From an uncultured Chitinophaga sp. (GTDB lineage Bacteria > Bacteroidota > Bacteroidia > NS11-12g > UBA9320): a DNA stretch of 64,000 bases. Numbering within the stretch: the stretch's first letter is position 1; each line of letters opens with the position of its first letter. Where the stretch lies: the NCBI GenBank assembly GCA_964617955.1, contig CAZTXB010000010.1, forward strand, positions 1,771 to 65,770. Direction: 5' to 3'. The position numbers and the translations under genes were made by a program. Shown in pieces: positions 40,088 through 49,826 of this stretch. The notes beneath the pieces were generated by a model that was given only the letters and a program-made list of their open reading frames with translations, searched no databases and had not been told where the DNA came from.

Positions 40088-41545
40088 TTAATTGCTTTTT
40101 TTACTAAAATCAATGCCTTGTAATTTAAGGATGGACGTGACTTTGATGGCATAGTAGGCCAGGAAAATAAAGCAAGCCACCCCAACGAGGTAACTCCAGC
40201 TTATACCCAAAAGCCAGTCGGCCGAAAGGTATCCTTGCAGCAGACTGATAAAGCCGCCGCCCATAATCATCATAATTAAAAAACTCGAGCCCTGGTTGGT
40301 GTGCTTGCCAAGACCGGCAATAGCCAAAGTAAAAATACAGGGCCAAAGGGTGCTGCAAAAAAGTCCAACACTCACAAAGGCGTAAACACTTACCATTCCC
40401 GACGACAACATGCCAACGAAGAGGGCAAGAATGCCCATAATGGAAAAAATCAGCAATTGCAGAGCGGGATTGCCTTTGCTCGCTATGTCAGCCCCTATGA
40501 GGGTAAGGATTACAAATGCATAAACATAAAATATCGATAAGTCGAGTTCGGGATTGGCGAGGTGGTTTGCAAATAGAAAAACCCCAAAAGCCACATAGGG
40601 CATCAAAAAATTGAGAAGGGATTTAAGTCCCCCTTTAATGTTAAAAGCCCCAACAGAGGAAGTCCAGCGGCCAATCATCAAACTTGCCCAAAACAATGAA
40701 ATATAGGGTGCCGCTTTATCGGTTTCAATGTTGGCCTTTTGGCGCATCAGTTCGGCCAAATTGCCGGCAGTAGATACCTCTACTCCCACATACACAAAGA
40801 TGGCTATCATGCCCAAAACCAATTGAGGATAACTCAGGGCACTTTTTCTATGCAGACTTTCAGTGGCCTCCTCTGCATCTGATTTTGCCTGAGGTGCCTC
40901 CTCAATTTTATCGGGAATGCGCGAAAAAAGAAAGATAAGGGCAAAAACAAAGAAGGCTGCGCCCAAAATTAAATAAGGTGTTTTGATGTTGTCGATGCTG
41001 GCGAGAGAGGTACTTCCGGGTTTTACAGAGCCAAAAATGGCAAAGCTCACCAAGAGAGGACCAATGGTGGTTCCCACGTTATTTACCCCTCCTGCCAAAC
41101 TCAGGCGCTGCGAACCCTTAGTGGGGTCGCCCATGACAATGGTTAAGGGGTTGGCGGCAGTTTGTTGCAGCGAAAATCCCAGGCCAACAATGAACAATCC
41201 GGTAATCATAATAGGGAATGAAGCCGATTCAGCCGCCGGGTAAAACAAGAGAGTGCCTAGGGCCGAAATCATCAATCCGAGGGCAATCCCTTTTTTATAT
41301 CCCACCTTGTTGAGAATATCTCCGCCGGTGGCCCTAGAGATGGCGTAGTAAATAACGGAGCCTACTGTATATGCCACATAAAAAGCAAAGGAAATCATTT
41401 GCGATTGCCATTGGGCCAGATTCAGTTTTTCCTTAAAAACCGGAATTAAAATGTCGTTGCTGGCGGCTACAAATCCCCAGAAAAAGAAGACCGAGATGAT
41501 GGTGAGCAGCGCAGTGGTATTGCCTTTGGCTGTGGACGTGTTCAT
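40088..41545 (-). CDS. Sugar MFS transporter (FucP/GluP glucose-galactose-fucose:H+ symporter family)
   Basis: The N-terminal LLTIISVFFFWGFVAASNDILIPVFKEKL is typical of the FucP/GluP subfamily; 12 TM. I placed the start at the internal ATG (41545, MNTSTAKG); the track start is 41623. Confidence 0.8.
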   Translation of the reverse strand: MNTSTAKGNTTALLTIISVFFFWGFVAASNDILIPVFKEKLNLAQWQSQMISFAFYVAYTVGSVIYYAISRATGGDILNKVGYKKGIALGLMISALGTLLFYPAAESASFPIMITGLFIVGLGFSLQQTAANPLTIVMGDPTKGSQRLSLAGGVNNVGTTIGPLLVSFAIFGSVKPGSTSLASIDNIKTPYLILGAAFFVFALIFLFSRIPDKIEEAPQAKSDAEEATESLHRKSALSYPQLVLGMIAIFVYVGVEVSTAGNLAELMRQKANIETDKAAPYISLFWASLMIGRWTSSVGAFNIKGGLKSLLNFLMPYVAFGVFLFANHLANPELDLSIFYVYAFVILTLIGADIASKGNPALQLLIFSIMGILALFVGMLSSGMVSVYAFVSVGLFCSTLWPCIFTLAIAGLGKHTNQGSSFLIMMIMGGGFISLLQGYLSADWLLGISWSYLVGVACFIFLAYYAIKVTSILKLQGIDFSKKSN

Positions 41546-41723
41546 GGTGTGTTCCCTTTTTGAGGGCTGACAAAGATATTTAAATAGCTGAAATCTTAAG
41601 AAGGGATTTTTTTGCCAACACATTAAAACATGTAAAACTAAAGAAAATGCTGTTCATTTTATTTTCTAGTCTTAGTTCTTTACCCCCATCCCCATTTTTT
41701 TTTCCCTTATTTTTTTTGATTCT

Positions 41724-42932
41724 TTGCAAATGGCTTCCCATAAATCCCTGTCTTCAAAAATCGCCTTCTTTGCTTTACCCCTGTTGGTGTTTTTGATGGT
41801 ACTTGCCATTACCCGATTTATCGCGCATCAAGGCAATTGTCACGAATGGGGCGAGCTGTGTTGGTCAAGACAAGATTCTGGTCTTTACATTCAGATAGCC
41901 GGCATCGGGCATACTTTATTTCATTGCGGACCGGAATTCGGGTATCCCGAAAATTCGGAGGTATGGTGCGGCAATGCCGGTTGGGCGCCGTTTTATCCCA
42001 TGCTCATGTTCATGTTGAGCAAAGCCTGTGGATTGGATTTACCCAATGCGGGCATCGTGCTTTCGTTGTGCTTCATGATTGGGTTTTTGTATATAGCCGC
42101 TCTGTTCATAGAGGTTAAATCCTTTGCCCTTTCCAATTGGCTAACCCTCTTAATTTGTGCCATATGTCCGGGAGGTATTTATTACTTTGCCATTTTTCCC
42201 ATGTCGCTTATGATTTTTCTTCTGGCCATGGTATTTTATGGCCTCAAGTCCAACCGCTTTATTTTGACGACCATCGGGTCCTTTCTCTTACCCCTCACTT
42301 ATAGCTCGGCTATTGTTATATTGTTTGCCTTTGGCCTTTACCTCGCCTTGTTATGGTTTAAAAGTGCCCCCTTTGCGTCTCTGAATGTTAAGGAATTGGT
42401 GCAAAACAGTTTCAACATGCTGCGGGAACACATCATTTTTAAAACCTTACTGCTCAGGGTATTGCTTCCCGGGATTTTGGGACTGCTTGGTCTTTATATT
42501 TACGATTATTGGGCCACAGGTCACTGGAACGCCATGTTTTTGATTCAGAAAAAATATGGACATGGACTTTACAGCCCTTTCAAACACCTGAAAGGCCATT
42601 GGCATACCTTTCAAAACCTCCTTTATACCAAAGAAGCCTGGGTTAGCTTTCACAATGTGTTTTTCTTTTTTGCCTTACCGTTCTTGTGCCTGCTCATTTA
42701 CAGAACCAAGGCAGCCCTTAGCGCGCTGGTAATTGTGTTTAGTCTGTGCATCTGGTACTTCCCCTTTAGCATAGGCATGCATGTGTCGCTTTACCGAGGC
42801 ATAGGTCTCCTTGCGCCGGCTCTGATTTTTCTGCATCCCGTAAGCCACCTTAAAAAAATAATCCTAGCCCTGGTATTTGGGGTTTTTTACTATTTCATGG
42901 GGGTGCTTTTCATTTACGATATCCTGAAATAA
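41724..42932 (+). CDS. Hypothetical polytopic membrane protein (possibly GT-C-like/DUF2029-like)
   Basis: 402 aa with about 10 hydrophobic helices. No soluble-domain motifs recognised. Confidence 0.5.
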   Translation: MQMASHKSLSSKIAFFALPLLVFLMVLAITRFIAHQGNCHEWGELCWSRQDSGLYIQIAGIGHTLFHCGPEFGYPENSEVWCGNAGWAPFYPMLMFMLSKACGLDLPNAGIVLSLCFMIGFLYIAALFIEVKSFALSNWLTLLICAICPGGIYYFAIFPMSLMIFLLAMVFYGLKSNRFILTTIGSFLLPLTYSSAIVILFAFGLYLALLWFKSAPFASLNVKELVQNSFNMLREHIIFKTLLLRVLLPGILGLLGLYIYDYWATGHWNAMFLIQKKYGHGLYSPFKHLKGHWHTFQNLLYTKEAWVSFHNVFFFFALPFLCLLIYRTKAALSALVIVFSLCIWYFPFSIGMHVSLYRGIGLLAPALIFLHPVSHLKKIILALVFGVFYYFMGVLFIYDILK

Positions 42933-42959
42933 ACGCTCTGAATTATTCAAAATTTTTGC

Positions 42960-42990
42960 TTTGCACTTCTGCATAAAAATCTTATTTTTG
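42960..42990 (+). promoter_or_regulatory. Bacteroidota sigma-A-type promoter (TTTG -33 element, 19-nt spacer, TAtTTTTG -7 element) for the yceD-rpmF-plsX operon
   Basis: TTTG at 42960-42963, a 19-nt spacer, and TATTTTTG at 42983-42990, which matches the TTTG-N19-TAnnTTTG consensus exactly. It lies about 18 nt upstream of the GTG start at 43009. Confidence 0.45.
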
Positions 42991-43008
42991 CAGCCCTTTT
43001 GAAAAAGT

Positions 43009-43539
43009 GTGGATGCTTTAAAAAATTACAATATTGATTTTGTAAAGCTAAAACTAGGAGAGCATGCATTTGACTTTGAAATTGATGACTCCTTTTTTAG
43101 CCTTAAAGAAAACTCACTTATTGATGAGGGAAAACTTAACGTTCATTTACATCTGGACAAGAAAGAAAGGTTAATGAATCTTCATTTTTCAATAAATGGG
43201 ATGGTATTAACCAACTGCGACATTTGCCTTGATGCGTTCGAATTGCCCGTTGACGGACAGGACGATCTGGTGGTGAAAATTGTTGAGGAACCAAAGGAAA
43301 GCGACAGCGAAATCGTGTACCTCAGTCCTCAAGAGATAGCGCTCAACGTATATGATTTTATTTATGAAATCATATGTACCCAAATTCCTCTGAGTAAGAG
43401 TTGTGCCTTAAGTCACCCAAAACCAAAACCCTGCAATCCGCAAATGCTGCAATTTCTGTCAGATAATAATGTTACATCAAGTAGCGAATTACAAACGGAT
43501 CCCAGATGGGATAAGTTAAAAAATATAAAAGATTTATAA
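43009..43539 (+). CDS. YceD-like/DUF177 protein (large ribosomal subunit accumulation protein) upstream of rpmF
   Basis: 176 aa, conserved position immediately upstream of rpmF-plsX. A cysteine pair motif (CDICLD) and a C-terminal Cys are typical of DUF177. Predicted GTG start. Confidence 0.7.
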   Translation: MDALKNYNIDFVKLKLGEHAFDFEIDDSFFSLKENSLIDEGKLNVHLHLDKKERLMNLHFSINGMVLTNCDICLDAFELPVDGQDDLVVKIVEEPKESDSEIVYLSPQEIALNVYDFIYEIICTQIPLSKSCALSHPKPKPCNPQMLQFLSDNNVTSSSELQTDPRWDKLKNIKDL

Positions 43540-43542
43540 AAA

Positions 43543-43725
43543 ATGGCACATCCCAAACGAAAAATCTCCAGAACCAGAAGGGACAAAAGAAGAACCCACG
43601 ACAAATTAGGTTTTAAGCAGGTTTTTACCGATCCCAAGTCAGGTGATAGCTCCTTGTTCCACAGAGTAAACATGGAAACAGGGGTATATCGCGGTGTTCA
43701 GGTTATCGAAGTTAAAAACGCTTAA
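43543..43725 (+). CDS. rpmF: 50S ribosomal protein L32
   Basis: N-terminal MAHPKRKISRTRRDKRRTHDKL is the L32 signature. 60 aa. Confidence 0.9.
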   Translation: MAHPKRKISRTRRDKRRTHDKLGFKQVFTDPKSGDSSLFHRVNMETGVYRGVQVIEVKNA

Positions 43726-43746
43726 TATTCCCCTTCCCAAAAATTA

Positions 43747-44691
43747 ATGACGCGTATCCGCATAGGATTAGATGCCATGGGCGGGGATTATGCCCCGGCT
43801 GAAGCGCTGAAAGGTGCTTCTAAAGCTCTTGCCTCCAGCGATTTCGCCAATGTCGATATCGTATTGGTTGGCGAAAAGCAAAAAATAGAAGAGGGATTGG
43901 CCGAAGCAGGCATTTCCCATCCTTTCGAAATTATTGATGCCCCCGATACCATCAGCATGGGCGAGCATCCTACCAAAGCCGTTTCTGCCAAACGCAATTC
44001 GAGCATTATGGTTGGACTCAAAATGCTTATGGAAGGAAAATTGGACGGATTTACAAGTGCCGGAAATACCGGTGCCATGATGGTTGGCTCCCTCTATACC
44101 GTAAAAACAATTGATGGCATTTTCAGGCCTGCAATTTCTACTATACTACCCCGCCCTTCGGGCAAACATGGCCTCATGCTTGATGTGGGTGCCAATGCCG
44201 ATGTAAAACCGGATGTTTTGGTTCAGTTTGCTAATATCGGAGCCATTTATGCCAAATCCATTATGGGCATAGAAAGCCCTAAAGTGGGCCTGCTGAGCAT
44301 TGGTGAAGAAAAAGAAAAAGGCAATATTTTAACCCAGGCTACTTATCCGCTGCTCGAAGCCGACCGCTTTATTAATTTTATAGGCAATGTGGAGGGGCGC
44401 GACCTCTTTACCGACAAGGCCGATGTGATTGTGTGCGATGGCTATACCGGAAATGTGGTACTCAAGGCATGTGAAGGCATGTTTTACCATTTGATGAAGC
44501 GCGGTGTGAAAGACGATTACCTCAACATGTTTAACTTTGAAAACTATGGAGGTTCCCCCATTTTAGGTGTGAACAAACCCGTGATAATAGGCCATGGTAT
44601 TTCAAAGGCAAAAACCATTGTGAATATGCTCAAGCTCACCAACGATGTAGTGGTTTCAAACCTCATCGACAGCATCAAAGCCCAGCTTTAA
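43747..44691 (+). CDS. plsX: Phosphate acyltransferase PlsX
   Basis: N-terminal IGLDAMGGDYAP, then GNVVLK and a C-terminal region are collinear with PlsX. Classic rpmF-plsX linkage. Confidence 0.9.
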   Translation: MTRIRIGLDAMGGDYAPAEALKGASKALASSDFANVDIVLVGEKQKIEEGLAEAGISHPFEIIDAPDTISMGEHPTKAVSAKRNSSIMVGLKMLMEGKLDGFTSAGNTGAMMVGSLYTVKTIDGIFRPAISTILPRPSGKHGLMLDVGANADVKPDVLVQFANIGAIYAKSIMGIESPKVGLLSIGEEKEKGNILTQATYPLLEADRFINFIGNVEGRDLFTDKADVIVCDGYTGNVVLKACEGMFYHLMKRGVKDDYLNMFNFENYGGSPILGVNKPVIIGHGISKAKTIVNMLKLTNDVVVSNLIDSIKAQL

Positions 44692-44932
44692 CTTTTCCGG
44701 ATAATTTCTATTAAGAAAGTCCACTATCTTTTTCAACTTTTCAGAGAAAAGCATTTACAAAATAGCGGAATCCTTTAATTCAAGATTTTTTTGGTGGCAT
44801 GCAGGCTAATAAATTAAAATTTATTCAGCCGACAACCTTTTAACTTTAAGAATCATCTCAATTTTATCGGAGTGCTTTTAAAACAACATTTTAAACAAAA
44901 AACTTACTTATTTTCGCTACCTTAAATTTTTT

Positions 44933-47900
44933 ATGAAGAGATTTGGATTAATCAATAACGTTTTTGGATGGCTGTCGTTTTTGATAGCTTTAGTGGTTTA
45001 TGGTTTAACTGTAGAACCATCGGTGAGTTTGTGGGATTGCGGTGAATTTATTTCAGCCTCATACCGCATGCAGGTAGTGCACCCGCCGGGAGCTCCCCTC
45101 TTTCTGATGCTTGGACGACTTTTTTCGCTTTTTGCAGGAGGCGATGTAACGCAGGTCGCCCCTTGGGTCAATAGCTTGAGCGTGTTTGTGAGCGCCTTAA
45201 CGGTATTATTTACCTTCTGGATTATCACACACTTTGCAAAAAAACTGCTCAATATTGCCCTTGATGCCGAAGAAATTTCAATGCCCGATGCGCTTGCCAT
45301 TTTGGGAAGCGGCTTGGTTGGTGCCTTGAGCCTCACTTTTATGGATTCGTTCTGGTTTAGCGCTGTTGAGGCTGAAGTTTACGCCTCATCCTCTCTCTTT
45401 ACAGCCTTGTCGTTTTGGTGTATTTTGAAATGGGAACGTGTAAAAGATGAACATGGCGCCGACCGATGGATTATACTCATAGCCTATATGCTTGGGTTGG
45501 CGGTGGGATTGCACTTACTTAACTTACTGGTAATACCTGCAGTGGTTTACTATTATTATTTCCACAGATACCAATACAGCCGCAAAGGATTCTATATTTC
45601 TACGGCCATTGGTTTGGGCGCTTTGGGAATCATACAGGCTGTTATTTTGCCTGGCTTGCCAAAGGTTGCTGCCATATTCGACAGACTGTTTGTCAATTCC
45701 TTAAATCTGCCCTTTAACAGCGGCGTGCTGTTTTTTGTGGTGCTGTTTTTGGGTGGGATAGGCTATGGCATTTATTATTCTTTTAAAACCAACCGAACCA
45801 TTTTAAACCTGATACTCAACTGCCTTTTGTTAATATTTTTGGGTTATTCGTCTTACGCCATGGTGGTGATTCGCTCACTCGCCGATCCCGCCATAGACAT
45901 GAACAACCCTGAAGACGCCTATACCTTAACCAGCTATATCAATCGCGAGCAATATGGAAGCAGGCCTGTGGTTTATGGACCCTACTACAATGCGCAGTAT
46001 ATTGGCACTGAAGAAGGCGCCATGCAATACCGGAAAGGTGCCGACTCCTATGAAGAAATAGGCAACAAAATAGAACCCATTTGGGATCCTAAATTTTGCA
46101 CGGTGTTTCCACGTATGGGCGACATGCAAAAAGAAGGAGGGCCTCAGGGCTATCAACTCTGGAGTGGGGCCAAAGAAGGACAAAAGCCAACATTCGGACA
46201 AAATCTGACTTTCTTTTTTAAATATCAGGTGGGCTACATGTACATGCGTTATTTCCTTTGGAATTTTGTGGGGAGGCAAAATGACAATCAGGGGATGACC
46301 GGAGACCCATGGGACGGCAATTGGCTAAGTGGCATTAACTTTATCGACAACATGATTTTGGGGCCTCAAAGCAATTTGCCCGATACCTTTAAAGTTAACA
46401 AGGGACGAAATACCTTCTTCTTCTTACCGCTCATTCTGGGTATTTTGGGCATGGTAATACAGTTTAAGAGACGTCGCTTCGATGCCAATGTTATTTTAAC
46501 CTTGTTCTTGTTTACAGGGTTGCTCATCATTGTATACCTCAACCAACCCCCCTATGAGCCGAGAGAACGCGATTACTCCATGGTGGGCTCCTTCCAGACC
46601 TTCTGCATTTGGATTGGCTTAGGCGTACTCTTCTTGTACGATTACCTTGGTAGAAAATTAAAAATGAGTAAAACAGGGGTGGCGGCCATTGTAATAGTGG
46701 TTTCCTTATTGGCCAGTCCTTATTTGATGGCCAAGTACAATTGGGATGATCACGACAGATCCGACCGTTATTTGGGAATATCCTTCGCCAAAAATTATTT
46801 GAACAGCTGCGAAAAAAACGCCATTCTCTTTACCAATGGAGATAACGATACCTACCCTCTTTGGTATGCGCAAAATGTAGAAGGTGTACGGACCGACATT
46901 CGCATTATCAACTTAAGTCTTTTAGGCACCGATTGGTATATCAATGCCCTTCGGAGAAAGGTTTATGATTCCGAACCTTTGCCACTTTCCATTCCGCCTG
47001 AAAAACTGGCCGAAGGACTGCGCGAAGCCACCTACTTTTTCGACAACGGCCAATTCGACCAAACCAAAGTATTTCCGTTGGATGAAGTGGTTAAATTCAT
47101 GACCAGCGACAATGAAGCTGACATGACAGCTAACAGCGGAGGACGACCTATGAACTTTATGCCGGTTAAAAAATTCATTATGCCTGTAAATAAAGAGGAA
47201 TGCATAAAAAACGGTGTGGTAAAAAGCAGCGACCCCATTGTTGACAATATCACCTTTGACATAGGCGCCAGCACCGTATACAAAGGCACCCTGGTAGTAC
47301 TGGATATCTTAGCACAGAACGCCAAGCAAGGATGGAAGCGCCCTATCTATTTCACCACCACCACCGGCTCTTCTGCCTACCTGAACCTCGACGAGTATTT
47401 CCGACTCGAAGGATTGACCTATCGCCTTGTGCCAATTAAGAGTGATAAAAATGCCATGGGGTTAATCGACGCCGATTTACTTTACAATAAGCTCACCAAA
47501 ACTTTTGATTGGGGCAAAATGGATAAAAATCTTACGATGAACATGGACGAAAAGGCCACTTTGGTTCCAAAGAACTTAAGGGTGTTGTTTGTTCAACTCG
47601 CACGGACCTATGCGCTTGAAAAAGCGGATAAGAAAAAGGCAGTTTACTTGTTGGATTATAGCCAGAAGGTGATTCCAGAAGCCATTATGCCAATGGATCT
47701 GAGATTGAGATATTATTACATCGATACCTATTACATGGCAGGAGAGAATAAGAAGGCCGAGCAGCTGCTGGAAATCATGGTAAAAGATTGTGAACAACAA
47801 GCGCGATTTTACAAGCAGTACACCGGCTCGAAAGCCAAATATGTAACAGAAAAATTGCAGGAATCAGTGGGCTACATCAACGAATGTGCAAAAAAGGCCA

Positions 47901-47965
47901 CCGAACAAGGCAACAAAAAATTAGGAGACAAGTATTCTGCCTTGTTCAATCAATTGAGCAGATAA
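44933..47965 (+). CDS. DUF2723-type giant membrane protein (putative GT-C-fold glycosyltransferase, PMT_2-like N-terminus)
   Basis: 1010 aa. N-terminal about 11 TM helices with SLWDCGEF and a DxD-like loop typical of GT-C/PMT-like proteins, then a large soluble C-terminal domain with TPR-like helices. Confidence 0.7.
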   Translation: MKRFGLINNVFGWLSFLIALVVYGLTVEPSVSLWDCGEFISASYRMQVVHPPGAPLFLMLGRLFSLFAGGDVTQVAPWVNSLSVFVSALTVLFTFWIITHFAKKLLNIALDAEEISMPDALAILGSGLVGALSLTFMDSFWFSAVEAEVYASSSLFTALSFWCILKWERVKDEHGADRWIILIAYMLGLAVGLHLLNLLVIPAVVYYYYFHRYQYSRKGFYISTAIGLGALGIIQAVILPGLPKVAAIFDRLFVNSLNLPFNSGVLFFVVLFLGGIGYGIYYSFKTNRTILNLILNCLLLIFLGYSSYAMVVIRSLADPAIDMNNPEDAYTLTSYINREQYGSRPVVYGPYYNAQYIGTEEGAMQYRKGADSYEEIGNKIEPIWDPKFCTVFPRMGDMQKEGGPQGYQLWSGAKEGQKPTFGQNLTFFFKYQVGYMYMRYFLWNFVGRQNDNQGMTGDPWDGNWLSGINFIDNMILGPQSNLPDTFKVNKGRNTFFFLPLILGILGMVIQFKRRRFDANVILTLFLFTGLLIIVYLNQPPYEPRERDYSMVGSFQTFCIWIGLGVLFLYDYLGRKLKMSKTGVAAIVIVVSLLASPYLMAKYNWDDHDRSDRYLGISFAKNYLNSCEKNAILFTNGDNDTYPLWYAQNVEGVRTDIRIINLSLLGTDWYINALRRKVYDSEPLPLSIPPEKLAEGLREATYFFDNGQFDQTKVFPLDEVVKFMTSDNEADMTANSGGRPMNFMPVKKFIMPVNKEECIKNGVVKSSDPIVDNITFDIGASTVYKGTLVVLDILAQNAKQGWKRPIYFTTTTGSSAYLNLDEYFRLEGLTYRLVPIKSDKNAMGLIDADLLYNKLTKTFDWGKMDKNLTMNMDEKATLVPKNLRVLFVQLARTYALEKADKKKAVYLLDYSQKVIPEAIMPMDLRLRYYYIDTYYMAGENKKAEQLLEIMVKDCEQQARFYKQYTGSKAKYVTEKLQESVGYINECAKKATEQGNKKLGDKYSALFNQLSR

Positions 47966-47985
47966 GCTAAGATAATGCGAATGAT

Positions 47986-48020
47986 AAACCCACTCTGACA
48001 CACGGGGTGGGTTTTTCTTT
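47986..48020 (+). terminator. Intrinsic terminator after the DUF2723 gene: stem AAACCCAC/GTGGGTTT followed by TTTTTCTTT
   Basis: Stem 47986-47993 / 48007-48014 with a 13-nt loop and a downstream T-rich tract. 21 nt past the TAA (47963-47965). Confidence 0.55.
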
Positions 48021-48032
48021 AACCTGTAGGTT

Positions 48033-48158
48033 ATACCAATGGGGTTAATAAAAAATAGACATTATGTAAATTATGCATTGGTAAATGCCGATGGATACCA
48101 ATGTTTAGGACAAATAGAGGAACGAAAATTTGGACGATTACATTTGACCAATCGGTAT
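48033..48158. repeat. Copy B3 of the roughly 125-bp repeat family
   Basis: Ends ATACCAATGG (48033-48042) and ACCAATCGGTAT (48147-48158; reverse-complement ATACCGATTGGT). Internal inverted motif CATTGGTA...TACCAATG. It aligns to B1 and is the reverse complement of 49086-49209. Confidence 0.65.
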
Positions 48159-48187
48159 TATTCAAATAGAACTTAAAAAATAAAAAA

Positions 48188-48934
48188 TTGGAAGCGCCCA
48201 TACAAAATAACATCGTTTTTGGCATAAGAGCCATCAGTGAAGCCATCCTTGCAGGTAAAAATTTTGATAAAATATTCATTAAGCAAGGTGGCAAAAGCCC
48301 TCTGGTTACCGAATTGTTGCAAATGGCCAGGGAGAAGGAAATCACACTCAAAATGGTACCTCAGGAAAAACTCGATGGCATTACCCGCAAAAACCATCAA
48401 GGGGCCATTGGCTTCATTGCTCCGGTGGTCTATCAAAATTATGAGGAAATTATCACCGGATGTTTCGAAAACGGTGTCGATCCTCTGATTCTGGTTTTGG
48501 ATGAAATAACGGATGTAAGGAATTTTGGCGCCATAGCCAGAACAGCATTGTGTATGGGTGTGCATGCCATTTTAATACCTTCCAATGGGTCGGTAACGGT
48601 AACTCCGGACGCCATAAAAACTAGCGCTGGTGCTTTGATGAGTTTACCCGTTTGTAAGGAGAAATCTCTGCCCATAGCCATTGAAAAAATGAAGGAATAC
48701 GGGCTCAAAGTCATAGGCTGTACAGAAAAGGGAAATGATGTGGTGGGTCAGCTCGACCTGTCAGGGCCTTTGGCCTTGGTGATGGGATCGGAAGAAAAAG
48801 GCCTTTCGCCTTTGATGCTGCGCTTGTCGGATAAGCTGGCCATGATTCCCATTTCAGGTCCCGTAAAGTCGCTTAACGTTTCGGTAGCTGCCGGTATGGT
48901 GCTTTATGAAATAGGGAAACAACGTATAGTTTAA
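48188..48934 (+). CDS. rlmB: TrmH-family (SpoU) RNA 2'-O-methyltransferase, RlmB-like (23S rRNA Gm2251)
   Basis: The N-terminal substrate-binding domain (IVFGIRAISEAILAG), SPOUT motifs (LVLDEITDVRNFGAIARTA, LVMGSEEKGLS, IPISGPVKSLNVSVAAG). Predicted TTG start; there is no in-frame ATG upstream. Confidence 0.8.
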   Translation: MEAPIQNNIVFGIRAISEAILAGKNFDKIFIKQGGKSPLVTELLQMAREKEITLKMVPQEKLDGITRKNHQGAIGFIAPVVYQNYEEIITGCFENGVDPLILVLDEITDVRNFGAIARTALCMGVHAILIPSNGSVTVTPDAIKTSAGALMSLPVCKEKSLPIAIEKMKEYGLKVIGCTEKGNDVVGQLDLSGPLALVMGSEEKGLSPLMLRLSDKLAMIPISGPVKSLNVSVAAGMVLYEIGKQRIV

Positions 48935-48938
48935 GTTA

Positions 48939-49302
48939 GGGCCTGCTTAAAAACACTTAAAGGCTTGATATGATTAGGTTCTCATTAGCTTTTATTTCTT
49001 TTAATGCACGATAAAATTGGTTAAGTATGAAAATGTTGTACTTCAAATGCCTTTATGAGGATGTTAGTTCATTGCACATGCATCACGCCGATTGGACAAA
49101 TGTAATAGTCCAAATTTCGTACCTCAATTTGCCCTAAACATTTGCATCCATCGGCATTTACCACTGTATGCTTTAAATAATATGGGTGTATCATGTAAAG
49201 CACATTGGTTTAACTTCGGCGGCTGCAGACTGAATTACGTCAAAGTACATCTGCGCTTTGCCGCCTCGTCCTGCATGCACACTGAACTTTTTCAGCAGGC
49301 CC
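48939..49302. mobile_element. Copy A1 of a MITE-like element: 15-bp terminal inverted repeats GGGCCTGCTtAAAAA ... TTTTTCAGCAGGCCC, TA on both flanks, 364 bp, with copy B4 nested inside
   Basis: Read directly. The left end and a 95-bp right arm are shared with 49827-50076 and 54613-54848. Flanking TA at 48937-48938 and 49303-49304. It begins 5 nt after the rlmB stop. Confidence 0.65.
49086..49209. repeat. Copy B4 of the roughly 125-bp repeat family, in inverted orientation, nested within MITE-like copy A1
   Basis: 49088-49209 is the reverse complement of the B3 core (GCCGATTGG ACAAATGTAAT.GTCCAAATTT...GCATTTACC...CACATTGGT). Copies A2 and A3 lack this segment at the corresponding point. Confidence 0.6.
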
Positions 49303-49313
49303 TAAATTACCAA

Positions 49314-49538
49314 CTACCCGTTTTCATTTTCTTCATCTTGTTCTTGTGGCTCCTCTTGTTGGCTGTTCCTCTCTCTTAATTTTTGTTTTACAACTTTGAT
49401 CACGTACCCCCCGCCAATGAGAACCAGCAGTACAAAAACAACGATGCCATAAACGACCCCTGTATCGTTCACGGAGGCTGTCCCTGCCAATGCGATGCTG
49501 CATAGAAAGAACAATGCCAACAATAATCCGGATTTCAT
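49314..49538 (-). CDS. Hypothetical small membrane protein (74 aa: signal/TM, second TM, acidic tail)
   Basis: MKSGLLLALFFLCSIALAG...VVYGIVVFVLLVLIGGGYVI...EEPQEQDEENENG. It sits in the repeat-rich island directly abutting A1. It could be a spurious ORF. Confidence 0.3.
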   Translation of the reverse strand: MKSGLLLALFFLCSIALAGTASVNDTGVVYGIVVFVLLVLIGGGYVIKVVKQKLRERNSQQEEPQEQDEENENG

Positions 49539-49826
49539 TTTTTTTAGCTTTAGTGCTAAACAAATGTAAACAACCCTTTTTAAAAATCAGCATTTATCTT
49601 TTCCCGTTTTAATCTCGTAGGTATTCCGCGGGGCCAACATTACCATCATAAGTTAGCGGGTCTCAGCAGCGAGCGAATGGTCAGCATTGTCGATTGATAC
49701 TCATCGAAAATTGCCAGACCATTGAGCAAAAGAAATAAAGAGTAACCCAAAAGTTATAGACTCTCTTTTTTTCGAATAATCATAAGCTGATTTTTTGTCC
49801 AAGTCGGGATGCATATCCCTAAATTA

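Noticed and set aside
48031-49379. ORFs 48031-48351 (minus), 49092-49379 (plus) and 49333-49593 (minus) with a shared peptide NIGIHRHLP / NICIHRHLP
   Set aside because: They lie entirely within the intergenic repeat copies B3, B4 and A1. The shared peptide is a translation artefact of inverted repeat copies, not a protein family.
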